Source: a virus (taxonomy: Duplodnaviria > Heunggongvirae > Uroviricota > Caudoviricetes). From it: a stretch of 64,000 nucleotides of DNA. The notes beneath the pieces are model-generated. The model saw nothing but the letters and a program-made list of their open reading frames with translations, searched no databases and had not been told where the DNA came from. The DNA is taken from positions 1-64,000 of the IMG/VR virus record IMGVR_UViG_3300031993_004551; one strand, given 5' to 3'. How positions within the stretch are numbered: the first letter of the stretch is position 1; every line of letters begins with the position of its first letter. Shown piece by piece: positions 36,075-44,983 of this stretch. The position numbers were made by a program, and so were the translations under genes.

Positions 36075-37492
36075 TAGGCAGCCACCTCGAACTCGTCGAT
36101 GATATTACCCTTCGGGTCAAACTTAACCAGTTTTCCACCGTAGATAATCTCATCGAGCTGCTTACGGCTGAAGCGGTCAATCGGAGCCCAGTTGTATGCG
36201 AGCTTTGTATCGATGATTGTCTTCTGGTCGGTGCACATGCACTTGCCTTCACTGTCGGAAAGCTTGACGACATGCTGGCCGTTGCATTCGGTGACCTTCA
36301 TCACGATGGGCAACGGCTGCTTTGCACCCGGCTTGCAGCAGATTGTGGCAGAGAGGAATGTACCGATACCGAATGCGACATTGATATCCTTGTAGAACTC
36401 CCAGGCAATCTTGAGTGCCTTGTCCGCATCCAAGCTGTCGCTCCAGCAGGCCGTCTTGGACTTCGGGTCGACCTTTCCACGCCTGTAGTGGTCGATGAGC
36501 ATGTGCCCCCACTTGAACGGGTCGCCGCTGTCGTGGCGGCAGCCGTCGTAGAGCTTCATGAAGGACACGTCGAAGTCGCGGAGGAACGCAGCGAAACCGA
36601 AGTTGTCGCTCAAGGCGATACCGAGGGAACCGCGGAACTCGTCGTCCCAGTTGGAAAGGACCCACTTCTGGGCGTCCTTCAGGCGAATGCCCTTTGCCTG
36701 TGCGATTGCGTAAAGCTCGTGGGCAAATGTGCCAATCGCTTTACAGTCGCACTTGATTGCGAGCCAGACGTTGGATGTTCCCACGAATGCCGGGCAGAAC
36801 TTGAGGAGGTACATGACCATGTACTCGTTCCACTCGTTGCTGATGCCACGGCGGACACCGAAGTCGGAAACCGTGAAGCGGCATCCTTCGCGCCAAGCCT
36901 TGTTCCACTTGACGACGACTTCCTCGAGGTTCTTCTTGGCGTATTCCCAGTCGAACTCCTCGCCCTCGAAGTAGAGCTGCTGCACAATCTGCAGCACATA
37001 TATTTCGAACCAGAACACATCGAGCTGCGGACCTTCGGCAACGATGCGGACGCCGCCGTTCACGGACGGGTCGGCGAATACGCGGATGTACTTGCGGTCA
37101 AGCTGGAGCTTCTCGAGGTAACGGATGAAGTCATCGCTGAGCCACGGGAGCTTCTTGCGGATGCCCTCGATTTCTTCCTTGGTGTAGCGCAAGGTGCAGA
37201 GCCAGTCGAGTTCGGCACAGATGTCCTCAATGAGATAAGTGAGGTCTACGCCCTTCGTACGGAGGCAGAATTCCCATTTAGCCTTATCATTATAACAGCG
37301 ATGCTTGTAGAACTGACCCATTGAGTATTTATAAGTATCTGTTTGGGTCAGATGCTCAATGATATGCTTATCCGGGTTGCGCCGGGTAAACTTCTTGATA
37401 GCCTTCGTGATAATCTTCTTGCGCTTCGGACGGGTCTTGAACGGGTCAATTCCCTTCTTGAGCAAAGCCTTGTCACTTAGTTTCCGTGTCAT
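36074..37492 (-). CDS. pncB: nicotinate phosphoribosyltransferase
   Basis: TDTYKYSMGQ, WFVGTSN, GTFAHELY, LGIALSDNFGFAAFLRDF, GCRHDSGDP and KVTECNGQHVVKLSDSEGK all match E. coli PncB blocks. Extra 40-aa basic N-terminus. Confidence 0.9.
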   Translation of the reverse strand: MTRKLSDKALLKKGIDPFKTRPKRKKIITKAIKKFTRRNPDKHIIEHLTQTDTYKYSMGQFYKHRCYNDKAKWEFCLRTKGVDLTYLIEDICAELDWLCTLRYTKEEIEGIRKKLPWLSDDFIRYLEKLQLDRKYIRVFADPSVNGGVRIVAEGPQLDVFWFEIYVLQIVQQLYFEGEEFDWEYAKKNLEEVVVKWNKAWREGCRFTVSDFGVRRGISNEWNEYMVMYLLKFCPAFVGTSNVWLAIKCDCKAIGTFAHELYAIAQAKGIRLKDAQKWVLSNWDDEFRGSLGIALSDNFGFAAFLRDFDVSFMKLYDGCRHDSGDPFKWGHMLIDHYRRGKVDPKSKTACWSDSLDADKALKIAWEFYKDINVAFGIGTFLSATICCKPGAKQPLPIVMKVTECNGQHVVKLSDSEGKCMCTDQKTIIDTKLAYNWAPIDRFSRKQLDEIIYGGKLVKFDPKGNIIDEFEVAA

Positions 37493-38699
37493 TTTCGTTA
37501 TCCCTGTTGATGTTTTCCTGTTTAAATTCCTGCATTTTCAGATTCTCCAAGGTTACCTTGCGCATACCCTTGTAGATACTCTCGCGGATGGCCATCCAGC
37601 CTTCCTCGGATATCGAACCATTCAATGCCCACCGTCCCGCCGAAGCGGCCGCGCCGATGACCGTCGGGTAATCGTCGAACTCCTTGCGAGCCAGCTCGTA
37701 AACCGCCCGGCCGGCGTCAACCTTGTCGCTAACACATCTGTCGGCGAATCCCTGTATACGAGTATACAAGCTGTCGAAGATTTCGCCGAAGCTTTTCAGG
37801 AACGCCTTAATGTCCACCAGTTCCTCCGGGACGCTCTTGACGGTTTCGTCCGGGAACTTCCCGTCCTTCCACGAGAATATATCCAAGAGGTTCCTCGGGG
37901 TGAGGCTGTGGAACAGCTTCTGCGCGGCAAGGAACTCCGGACCCTTGAGCTTCACCTTGAACCCGTCGCCGTAGGTAAGGACGAGCCCTTCCTTGCTTGC
38001 CGGCAGCTTCTTGACATACTCGCAGGTAGCCTCGAAGGACGGAAGCTCGATGCGCTCGGCGAGAGGCACTCCCATCGCCTTGGCAATCATCTTCAGGTTC
38101 TCGTAGGAATATTCCCTGCCGGTAGCATTCAGGATTACCCCGGTAAGCACACAGGCCTCGTAGTCGTACCTGATAGGATGGACATCCTCCTTGCAGAGAA
38201 TCTCGAACATATAGGTACATCCGGAAGCCATGTAGTTCTGGATTCCCCTCTCGCGGAGCCACTTTTCGGCCCATTCGCCCTGGAAAGCCGTGAATGCACC
38301 CGAAGTGGTTACCAAAAGATTCCCGTCGACGATACCCGCGATGCACAGCGAACCGTCAAGCTTGTCGGTCGCGCTGAACCATCCTTTCGGGTCGAACTTC
38401 GGCTCGTACCCGGGAATCTTGCTGAGCAGGTCGAACAGCGAAGTATGCTGCATCGTCTCGCTATAGAGTTCCCCGAAGTTGAAGAACTTGGACCACGGGC
38501 GCAGTACGCACTCGCCGTCGCTGACCCTAAATACATGCCCCCTCGAGTTGAGGGTGATTTCGTCCCATCGCTGGTCGTATATCGTGTACTCGGTATACTT
38601 GAACTTGACATATTTCCTGTCAGGCGAATATGTCATGATTAAGTCCGGGCCGTCGGCACGGGCGATATACTCGGAAAGCGGGGGTAATTTTTCTACCAT
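37473..38699 (-). CDS. RNA ligase, T4 Rnl1 family
   Basis: LNSRGHVFRVSDGECVLRPWSKFFNFGE resembles T4 Rnl1 [31 protein letters not shown]. Motif I TDKLDGSL resembles KEDGSL. Confidence 0.85.
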   Translation of the reverse strand: MVEKLPPLSEYIARADGPDLIMTYSPDRKYVKFKYTEYTIYDQRWDEITLNSRGHVFRVSDGECVLRPWSKFFNFGELYSETMQHTSLFDLLSKIPGYEPKFDPKGWFSATDKLDGSLCIAGIVDGNLLVTTSGAFTAFQGEWAEKWLRERGIQNYMASGCTYMFEILCKEDVHPIRYDYEACVLTGVILNATGREYSYENLKMIAKAMGVPLAERIELPSFEATCEYVKKLPASKEGLVLTYGDGFKVKLKGPEFLAAQKLFHSLTPRNLLDIFSWKDGKFPDETVKSVPEELVDIKAFLKSFGEIFDSLYTRIQGFADRCVSDKVDAGRAVYELARKEFDDYPTVIGAAASAGRWALNGSISEEGWMAIRESIYKGMRKVTLENLKMQEFKQENINRDNENDTETK

Positions 38700-38730
38700 A
38701 GGTTTAAGCTCGCTTAAAATTTGTTAATTT

Positions 38731-38745
38731 CAAATATAGCAATTT
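38731..38745 (-). promoter_or_regulatory. promoter motif (minus-oriented) 31 nt upstream of the rnl ATG
   Basis: CAAATATAGCAATTT. Confidence 0.5.
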
Positions 38746-38775
38746 TACTGGCGGAGAGCGCCAAATACCGAACCT

Positions 38776-39351
38776 ATGAAATACAAGTGTGTGTATCCAA
38801 AGTGCGATTACGAGACAGACGAGCGTTCACTTATCCATTTCCACCATGTAGTCCCAAGGGAACTCAAGAGGAAGCTCAACAGGAGGCTGACGCTTCCTTT
38901 CTGCCCGATACACCACAACCTCATATTCCACCCGGACGCCCAGAGCGGCCAGCACTCGGAAATCAGGGAAGGCTCCCTTGTCATTGAGCAGGTGGCCCCG
39001 ACCAATACGGGCAAGGCGATTATCTACAGGGACATGGCGGGGAACGAAATAACTGTCAATGTGGATGTACGGAGGGTCACCGCGGGGACCATATCGGTGC
39101 TCCGGTGGGATATCGTGAACGGTCTGACCGAGGAAGAGCTCATCGAAAGCGACCCGAAGATTGAATCCGTTGTCGACCGTCGTGGATACTACACAGATGG
39201 GCACTCCATATACTTCACCGACGGGTTCCGCCATGTAGCAGTGGACCTCCTCCGCGGAATCATCTCCACCTACATAGCAAAGATGGAAGGTGAATACGAA
39301 AAGGCCCTGGCAAAAGCCAAGGCCGACCGCGACGAACTGGACAAAATCTAG
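38776..39351 (+). CDS. hypothetical protein with N-terminal HNH/Zn-finger-like motif
   Basis: CVYPKC...HFHHVVPRE...CPIHHNLIFH weakly resembles an HNH motif. Only plus-strand gene in this block. Confidence 0.4.
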   Translation: MKYKCVYPKCDYETDERSLIHFHHVVPRELKRKLNRRLTLPFCPIHHNLIFHPDAQSGQHSEIREGSLVIEQVAPTNTGKAIIYRDMAGNEITVNVDVRRVTAGTISVLRWDIVNGLTEEELIESDPKIESVVDRRGYYTDGHSIYFTDGFRHVAVDLLRGIISTYIAKMEGEYEKALAKAKADRDELDKI

Positions 39352-39713
39352 TTCTTCACTTCCTCTATATTGAGCATCTCGCGCATCTTCGCGTCGATGA
39401 TATCGAATGCCGTCGTCAATCCGCTATTGAACCCGGTACCGTAGGCATCGATAACACCCTGCGATATGTTGCGTGTAAGCTCCTCGGAAAACGCTACCCC
39501 CATTTGTTCCGGGGTAAGTATGTCAGCTTTCTCCTTACGAATCCTCTTCGCGTTCTTTTCGTAGGTATTGATAATCTTGACGACAATGGTCTCTATAGTC
39601 TGCTTATTCCCGTCAATCGCCCGGGATATCAGGTCCCCGATTTGGTCTTTGGAAAGAGTGACTTTAACCAGCCCCTCGATTGGCTTATTTTCTTCTCCGT
39701 TGGTTCCGTCCAT
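39348..39713 (-). CDS. hypothetical protein (121 aa)
   Basis: ORF. Confidence 0.45.
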   Translation of the reverse strand: MDGTNGEENKPIEGLVKVTLSKDQIGDLISRAIDGNKQTIETIVVKIINTYEKNAKRIRKEKADILTPEQMGVAFSEELTRNISQGVIDAYGTGFNSGLTTAFDIIDAKMREMLNIEEVKN

Positions 39714-39718
39714 GCCAG

Positions 39719-40483
39719 TTATTCCTCCTTGATGTCAGGGATGTATAGGTTTGTAACGCCGTCATCCTTGACAAGGGAATGACCCTTGGAATCCTTCCCG
39801 AACCGCTCGGTGAATGTCTTGGTGTTAAACGGCTTGGTAATCAGGTGAATCCCGGTGCGGCTATGGAGGACAGCAATTTTCTTGTCGCCATTGACCGGTG
39901 TGCAGGATTCGTTGATGAACTTCATGTAGGTATCGGAAATCTCCTCGACCGAACGAAATCCTTCGACATCCGGCTTAACGAGGTCCGCGTCGATATCGAT
40001 AATCCACTTTGTCGTAGAGCGGTCTTCGGAATTGTACATACCAAGCGCATTGGAGTATAAGCTTGCCGCAGACTTCAGCCGAGGGAATTTAAACGGCTTG
40101 CCGGTTACCGGGTCGACACGGTTGCCAGTCATTATCATCGAGGCATCCCCATGGCGGATAGCCTTGCGGATAGTGGCGTTATACTGGATTTCTCGACGGA
40201 GAATCTCAATCTGGACATAGAGGTTGGCTTCCTGTACATTCCTCTGGTTGAGTCGGATGATTGCGCGGGCGCCGAGACGGTCACATTCCGCCTTGATGCG
40301 GGGCTTGAGCGAATCCCACTCCTTGAAGGACTTAATATGGTAGTCGCGAACCATGCGTTCGCCAGTAGTCCCGTGGTCCTTGCCACGCCAAATAATTTCG
40401 ACGAAGTACATATCGCCGTTGAGTTCAAAGTGGATTAAGTCCCTAATCCTATCAAAATTGTCGACCATAATTTTTTCCTTCAA
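39719..40483 (-). CDS. hypothetical protein (254 aa)
   Basis: ORF. No motif. Confidence 0.5.
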   Translation of the reverse strand: MKEKIMVDNFDRIRDLIHFELNGDMYFVEIIWRGKDHGTTGERMVRDYHIKSFKEWDSLKPRIKAECDRLGARAIIRLNQRNVQEANLYVQIEILRREIQYNATIRKAIRHGDASMIMTGNRVDPVTGKPFKFPRLKSAASLYSNALGMYNSEDRSTTKWIIDIDADLVKPDVEGFRSVEEISDTYMKFINESCTPVNGDKKIAVLHSRTGIHLITKPFNTKTFTERFGKDSKGHSLVKDDGVTNLYIPDIKEE

Positions 40484-40499
40484 ATTATAGGGATTCGAG

Positions 40500-41006
40500 T
40501 TACCGCTTTAAATTTACATAATCGGTTGCTTCCCTTAGCAAAGATAGCAATTCCTCGGCAACAGGAGGTTCATACTTGCACAGCAACTCGTTGATATTCA
40601 AGTCTTTCTCGATAAAATAATTGGGGTCGGCCCACAGCAGGCATATTTCGTACTGCCCCTTGGTAAGCTTCAGGAATTTCTTCGCCGCATCAGTCTCGGC
40701 AAGCGCCGCAGCGATATACCCGGCATCCAAGTCGGATATCTTGATGTAGTTGCCGTACCGGTAGGTTTCCAAACGCATATCGATATACGGCGAAACATAT
40801 ATCGCATAATTCTTCGGCTCTTCTTCCGGCGCCCAACTGGCGGCAGCATCCTTGTGACCAACCCGGCGAAGCACCGAGGTAGACCTTCTCAGTATCCGTC
40901 TAAGCCAATGAAGAGCAATGAGCAGGTATAGCGCCTTCTTCAGCACAGTATAGATTCCCTCGCCTTCTTCAGCTTGAGATAGGTGTGGACATTGTAGTGG
41001 ACACAT
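40500..41006 (-). CDS. hypothetical protein (start uncertain)
   Basis: ORF. Its 5' end overlaps the phosphatase gene by 66 nt, so the true start is probably internal or non-ATG. Confidence 0.35.
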   Translation of the reverse strand: MCPLQCPHLSQAEEGEGIYTVLKKALYLLIALHWLRRILRRSTSVLRRVGHKDAAASWAPEEEPKNYAIYVSPYIDMRLETYRYGNYIKISDLDAGYIAAALAETDAAKKFLKLTKGQYEICLLWADPNYFIEKDLNINELLCKYEPPVAEELLSLLREATDYVNLKR

Positions 41007-41440
41007 GGATTATCCGGGTTAGTCTCGTTATGGTCCGGATAGAAGTCAAGCACATAGCGGGTGACCGCCTGGGAACGGGACTTGCCGGCCCTGCAGTGAA
41101 CCATTATGTCCATATCCTTGTGGGACTCGATGAACCGGACTATTTTCCCGGCGGTCTCATTGGTTATCCCGTGAGCAGTAAGCGGGTCGCTATTGTCGCC
41201 ATCGTCGCGCATATCGAAATAATCGACATCAACCGTTATGTCGTCGAACTCCACATTGAGGACATTTTCGTGGTCTTCGGAGAAGAAATGCGGGTCGCCG
41301 TCACGGAGAACCCGGTTAGCCACTTCCGGGTTGCAGCAGATGGAAATCACGGCGAAATCCTTGGGAGGATTAGCGTCGCTGAACCCGTGTTCACGGCAGT
41401 ACTTCTCGAAGTTTCGCTTGCTGAAACAGATTATCTTCAT
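40940..41440 (-). CDS. dual-specificity (CX5R) protein/RNA phosphatase
   Basis: VHCRAGKSRSQAV is the HCxxGxxRS P-loop of cysteine phosphatases. Confidence 0.7.
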   Translation of the reverse strand: MKIICFSKRNFEKYCREHGFSDANPPKDFAVISICCNPEVANRVLRDGDPHFFSEDHENVLNVEFDDITVDVDYFDMRDDGDNSDPLTAHGITNETAGKIVRFIESHKDMDIMVHCRAGKSRSQAVTRYVLDFYPDHNETNPDNPCVHYNVHTYLKLKKARESILC

Positions 41441-41449
41441 CGGGGGAAC

Positions 41450-41665
41450 CTACTTGAGCGAACTAGGAACCTTGAGCTTCTTGCCGCACGGGCACCTGAG
41501 AACCAAGTTCTTGTATCGTTCGAGCTCGGCCTTGAGGTTCTTGTTCTCGTTGCGCAAGGCGGCAAGCTCGATTGCAATCTTGCTATCAACTTTCGGGGAG
41601 CCGTCCGGGTTCATCCCGCACATATCCATAAGTTTTTCGTAGCTGAACGGATTATCATCAGCCAT
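41450..41665 (-). CDS. small hypothetical protein (71 aa)
   Basis: ORF with coiled-coil-like segment and a CPCG motif. Confidence 0.35.
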   Translation of the reverse strand: MADDNPFSYEKLMDMCGMNPDGSPKVDSKIAIELAALRNENKNLKAELERYKNLVLRCPCGKKLKVPSSLK

Positions 41666-41724
41666 AATAGTCTCCTTAATTTCCTTCCATAGGCATGTAT
41701 TGTCAGTTTAGCGGATGCCGCCGC

Positions 41725-42438
41725 TTATTCCAGCGCGACTACCGGATGTCCCTCGCACAGCCCGTGGTAGACATGGTTGGCCGTGTAGAGCTTTTCCGCC
41801 GGTATCGGGGCGTAGGCGACTTCCCAGGACACATTGTTCTGCATCTTGAAGTCCTTCCACGGGAGGGAGCTGAACCGTTCCTCCTCATGGGTATGCCCGT
41901 GTACAAGCACGGTCTTCGCCGGGTCGAGCTTCTGCCGGTACGCCATCAGGTTCCTGGAATCCGGACGGTCCACCTGACGCTTCGAGAAGAACGGAAAGTG
42001 CTGACAGAAATACACCTTGTCGTGCCAACGCAGTACGGCGTAGTCCCTGATGTCGACCAGGCCGCCATGTACGCTCTTGTCGTGGTTCCCGCGGATGTAC
42101 AGCTTGATACCCGGGAGCGGACCGTACAGAGCGTTGAACTTCTCGTCGAATTCCTCCTGCGTATCGGAGTGCCCCATCATGAAATCACCGAGGAACACCA
42201 CGACATCATCCGGCCGAATCAGCGTCATCCACTTATTGCGCATGTCGTCGTTCATTTCCTTAGTAGTCTGGTATGTCCGGATACGCTCGAAGTGCTTCGG
42301 GGACGCCGGAGTGAGCTTTGCGTGATTGAAATGGGTATCCGATATGAAGAACAGCCTGGAGCTATCCGGGATGACCTGGGAGAAATATGTTCGTTCGGAC
42401 TGTTCGTCCGGAATTGAAAGATTTAAAACTTCAGACAT
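41725..42438 (-). CDS. calcineurin-like metallophosphoesterase (lambda phosphatase-like)
   Basis: ISDTHFNH, GDFMMG, GNHD, VHGHTH. Start at ATG 42438 (MSEVLNL). Confidence 0.7.
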   Translation of the reverse strand: MSEVLNLSIPDEQSERTYFSQVIPDSSRLFFISDTHFNHAKLTPASPKHFERIRTYQTTKEMNDDMRNKWMTLIRPDDVVVFLGDFMMGHSDTQEEFDEKFNALYGPLPGIKLYIRGNHDKSVHGGLVDIRDYAVLRWHDKVYFCQHFPFFSKRQVDRPDSRNLMAYRQKLDPAKTVLVHGHTHEEERFSSLPWKDFKMQNNVSWEVAYAPIPAEKLYTANHVYHGLCEGHPVVALE

Positions 42439-43666
42439 TTTTATTTTCCTCTGGGAGTCTTCGGCGTTCCCGAAGTTCTCCCGGTGTGACACGGAATACC
42501 GGCAAGCTCGAAAACTCGTCTGGGAGCGACGCCAGCAAGTCGATGAACATTTCATCGAGCTGCTCGTCGGTTACCGGGTCGTGGAGATATTTAGAATCCT
42601 TGAAGCATTCCTCAACTTCCTTCACAAGGGAATCGCTCAGGTTCATCATATCTTCGTATGAATATGTACCCTTCTTGATACTGAGAAGGTAATCGCGCTT
42701 GTCGCTGCAGTCTACCGTCACTTTTCCGGTAAGCGCGATGTTCTTAGCTGTAAGCAGGAGACGGATGCAGTGCATCGTATTCTTTGCATCGTATCCCTTG
42801 CCGTGTTTTTCGGTTTCCGCATACCTGACCTCGTTGCGTTCCTTCTTTACCCAGTTCCAGTAATGGGTATGTTCCTTGCAGTCATGAGAGAACGCATCTG
42901 GGTTGAATGTCAGGAAGGCAACCGGATTGAGACCCTTCGGAATATGCTTGGCAAGCTGGATATCGCAGGCCTTCTTTTCGTCCGTGACGACGCCGTATGC
43001 CCAGCGCCATTTGTGTTCAGGAATTTCCTCGGGCGGACGGTCTGGCTGCAACAAGGAATAGCTAAGTCCTTCAGCTTTATCCTGATAGTACAGCGCATAG
43101 GTATTCTTGCAGTGGTCAATCTTTGCCAATCCGTACCACTTCTGGTCTTGTTTTGCCAGAGTATCCTGCTCAGCAAGGAACTGCTTGAACGGCTTGCACT
43201 TGATGTCCTGGCCGTACACATAACAGTAATCGAGAACCTGCGGAGCTTCCTCGGGGCACGGGTTATTGAATTTCTTGTTGAGGCCGTACGCGCGGCTCAA
43301 CTGAGTCTTGGCATATTCCTGGTAGGACTTGAGGACTCGGGTTGTAACCCAGATATCCTTCGGAATCGCGTCGAAAAGTTCCTTACCCTTGAGTATGCAC
43401 CTTTCGGGGCTATTGAGCAACTCCAGAGCGTTCGGGTTGCCCTGCTGCAAATACTGGAGGAAGTTGGAGAGTTCCCAGTATTCGGTGTTATTCTTGTCGT
43501 CAGCTACACGCATATCCGGCTTGAACGACACCCTTTCCTTCATCGGCAACACATAGACGCCGCGGACATCAGTATCAGATGTCTCGGTGGCAAGTCCGAA
43601 AGACTGGCTTCCCACGACAGCTTCCATGAGTATCCAGCCCTTTTCCTTGAGTTCTTCAATAGTCAT
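42431..43666 (-). CDS. Pol-beta superfamily nucleotidyltransferase (411 aa)
   Basis: VVGSQSFGLATETSDTDVRGVY matches the minimal NTase signature [GS]x9-13Dx[DE]. Confidence 0.6.
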   Translation of the reverse strand: MTIEELKEKGWILMEAVVGSQSFGLATETSDTDVRGVYVLPMKERVSFKPDMRVADDKNNTEYWELSNFLQYLQQGNPNALELLNSPERCILKGKELFDAIPKDIWVTTRVLKSYQEYAKTQLSRAYGLNKKFNNPCPEEAPQVLDYCYVYGQDIKCKPFKQFLAEQDTLAKQDQKWYGLAKIDHCKNTYALYYQDKAEGLSYSLLQPDRPPEEIPEHKWRWAYGVVTDEKKACDIQLAKHIPKGLNPVAFLTFNPDAFSHDCKEHTHYWNWVKKERNEVRYAETEKHGKGYDAKNTMHCIRLLLTAKNIALTGKVTVDCSDKRDYLLSIKKGTYSYEDMMNLSDSLVKEVEECFKDSKYLHDPVTDEQLDEMFIDLLASLPDEFSSLPVFRVTPGELRERRRLPEENKNV

Positions 43667-43682
43667 ATTTTTACCTCTATCC

Positions 43683-43716
43683 CAAATATAGCAAAAAGAC
43701 CGCCGAAGCGGTCTTC
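43683..43716 (-). promoter_or_regulatory. promoter motif (43683-43697) overlapping a terminator hairpin (43696-43715). 16 nt to the ATG at 43666
   Basis: AAGACCGC-CGAA-GCGGTCTT hairpin directly abuts CAAATATAGCAAAAA. Confidence 0.5.
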
Positions 43717-43770
43717 ATTGCTACCTGGCGACCTTCGATATGTTCGCCATAAGTTGACATACTCTCACGA

Positions 43771-44901
43771 CTAAAGTCGTGGGATTCTGGGAGTTGCCAC
43801 AGATGGGCAACATGTCCCAAAGGTAGATGCCCCTACCTTACATAAGTTAATTGCGGCATTCCTATCCCTATCGTGTTCCGCACCACATTTAGGACATATC
43901 CAATGACGGATTGACGCATCCTTCAATTTGTGGTTTTTATAACCGCATTCGGAGCATAGCTGACTGGATGGATACCACTTGTCTGCGTACATGACCGTCT
44001 TACCAGTCCTATGAGCTACATATTCGAGAACGCTCAAGAAGGTATCGAACCCGAAGTCATACATGGACTTTTTGTACTTCCTGGATAGATTACCCAAGTC
44101 CAGCGTTTCAAACACCATCACATCGTAATCACGGCAGAACCGCCGAGCCAACTTCCAGTGCATGTCCGAACGCTGATTAGCCACCTTCTCGTGTAGCTTC
44201 TGCAATGTACGCAGCGAGCCTCGCTTACCTTTAGACTTTCGGTATTTCTCCGATAAGTTCCTTAAAGAATTGAGGTTCTTCTGCAAGATTTTAGGCATAC
44301 TGCAATCATCACCGTTAGAGGAAACCAAGAAGTCATGCACACTGAAGTCGAAACCAACGATTTCACCCGATTTAGTCCACTCTGTCTGTGTACATTCTTG
44401 CTCTACGACTACATAAATATAGAAACCATTACTCTTGCGTTTGACGGTGAGCGTTTTAATCTTGCCGTCGAAATCCCTGCTGTTCCAGTAGGGAAAGTCT
44501 TTCTTGCCTATCTTAACATGATTTAAGTCGTGAAACTTGTATCCAGCTTGCTTCGTCGTGAATGAATGATATTTAGCCGTCTTCTGGAAGTGAGGAGGAT
44601 TAGTCTTCTTTCCAGCTTTCAAATTCGAGAAGAATAAATGGTATGCCCGGTCTATCCTATCCGTTATGTCTTGGATGGCTTGCGAAGGAACTTCGTTCCA
44701 CTCTGTATATTGTTTCTTCAACTTTGTGAGGTACTTCTGTAACTGGTACTTATTCAACATCTTATGGTAGATGCCATAGTACCGACGGTGCAGAGCAATA
44801 CAGTGGTTGAATATCCGACCAGCAATAACAAGTATATTGTCGAGATACTTCAAGGAATCCCGATTGTACAGCTTGTATTTGTATGTATTCAATTCAACCA
44901 T
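43771..44901 (-). CDS. tnpB: TnpB (IS605 OrfB family)
   Basis: RuvC-I VGFDFSV. SQLCSECGYKNHKLKDASIRHWICPKCGAEHDRDRNAAINL is the Zn finger plus RuvC-III. Start at ATG 44901 (MVELNTYKYKLY). Confidence 0.85.
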   Translation of the reverse strand: MVELNTYKYKLYNRDSLKYLDNILVIAGRIFNHCIALHRRYYGIYHKMLNKYQLQKYLTKLKKQYTEWNEVPSQAIQDITDRIDRAYHLFFSNLKAGKKTNPPHFQKTAKYHSFTTKQAGYKFHDLNHVKIGKKDFPYWNSRDFDGKIKTLTVKRKSNGFYIYVVVEQECTQTEWTKSGEIVGFDFSVHDFLVSSNGDDCSMPKILQKNLNSLRNLSEKYRKSKGKRGSLRTLQKLHEKVANQRSDMHWKLARRFCRDYDVMVFETLDLGNLSRKYKKSMYDFGFDTFLSVLEYVAHRTGKTVMYADKWYPSSQLCSECGYKNHKLKDASIRHWICPKCGAEHDRDRNAAINLCKVGASTFGTCCPSVATPRIPRL

Positions 44902-44955
44902 AGATAAGCAAAATGTCCACAGAACGCTTAATTTGCCCGTCAGCATTCCGTGGAC

Positions 44956-44983
44956 ATTCTAAATTCTAAATTCTAAATTCTAA
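44956..44983. repeat. tandem heptamer repeat (ATTCTAA)x4
   Basis: Four direct copies read from the sequence, 55 nt from the tnpB start. Confidence 0.8.

Noticed and set aside
39719-40483. Assigning the 254-aa ORF as a 2H-phosphoesterase or RNA 2'-phosphotransferase to complete the repair pathway.
   Set aside because: No H-x-[TS]-x dyad or KptA motifs are present. Left as hypothetical.
44956-44983. CRISPR array.
   Set aside because: Only a 7-bp unit repeated four times with no spacers. It is a microsatellite-like tandem repeat.
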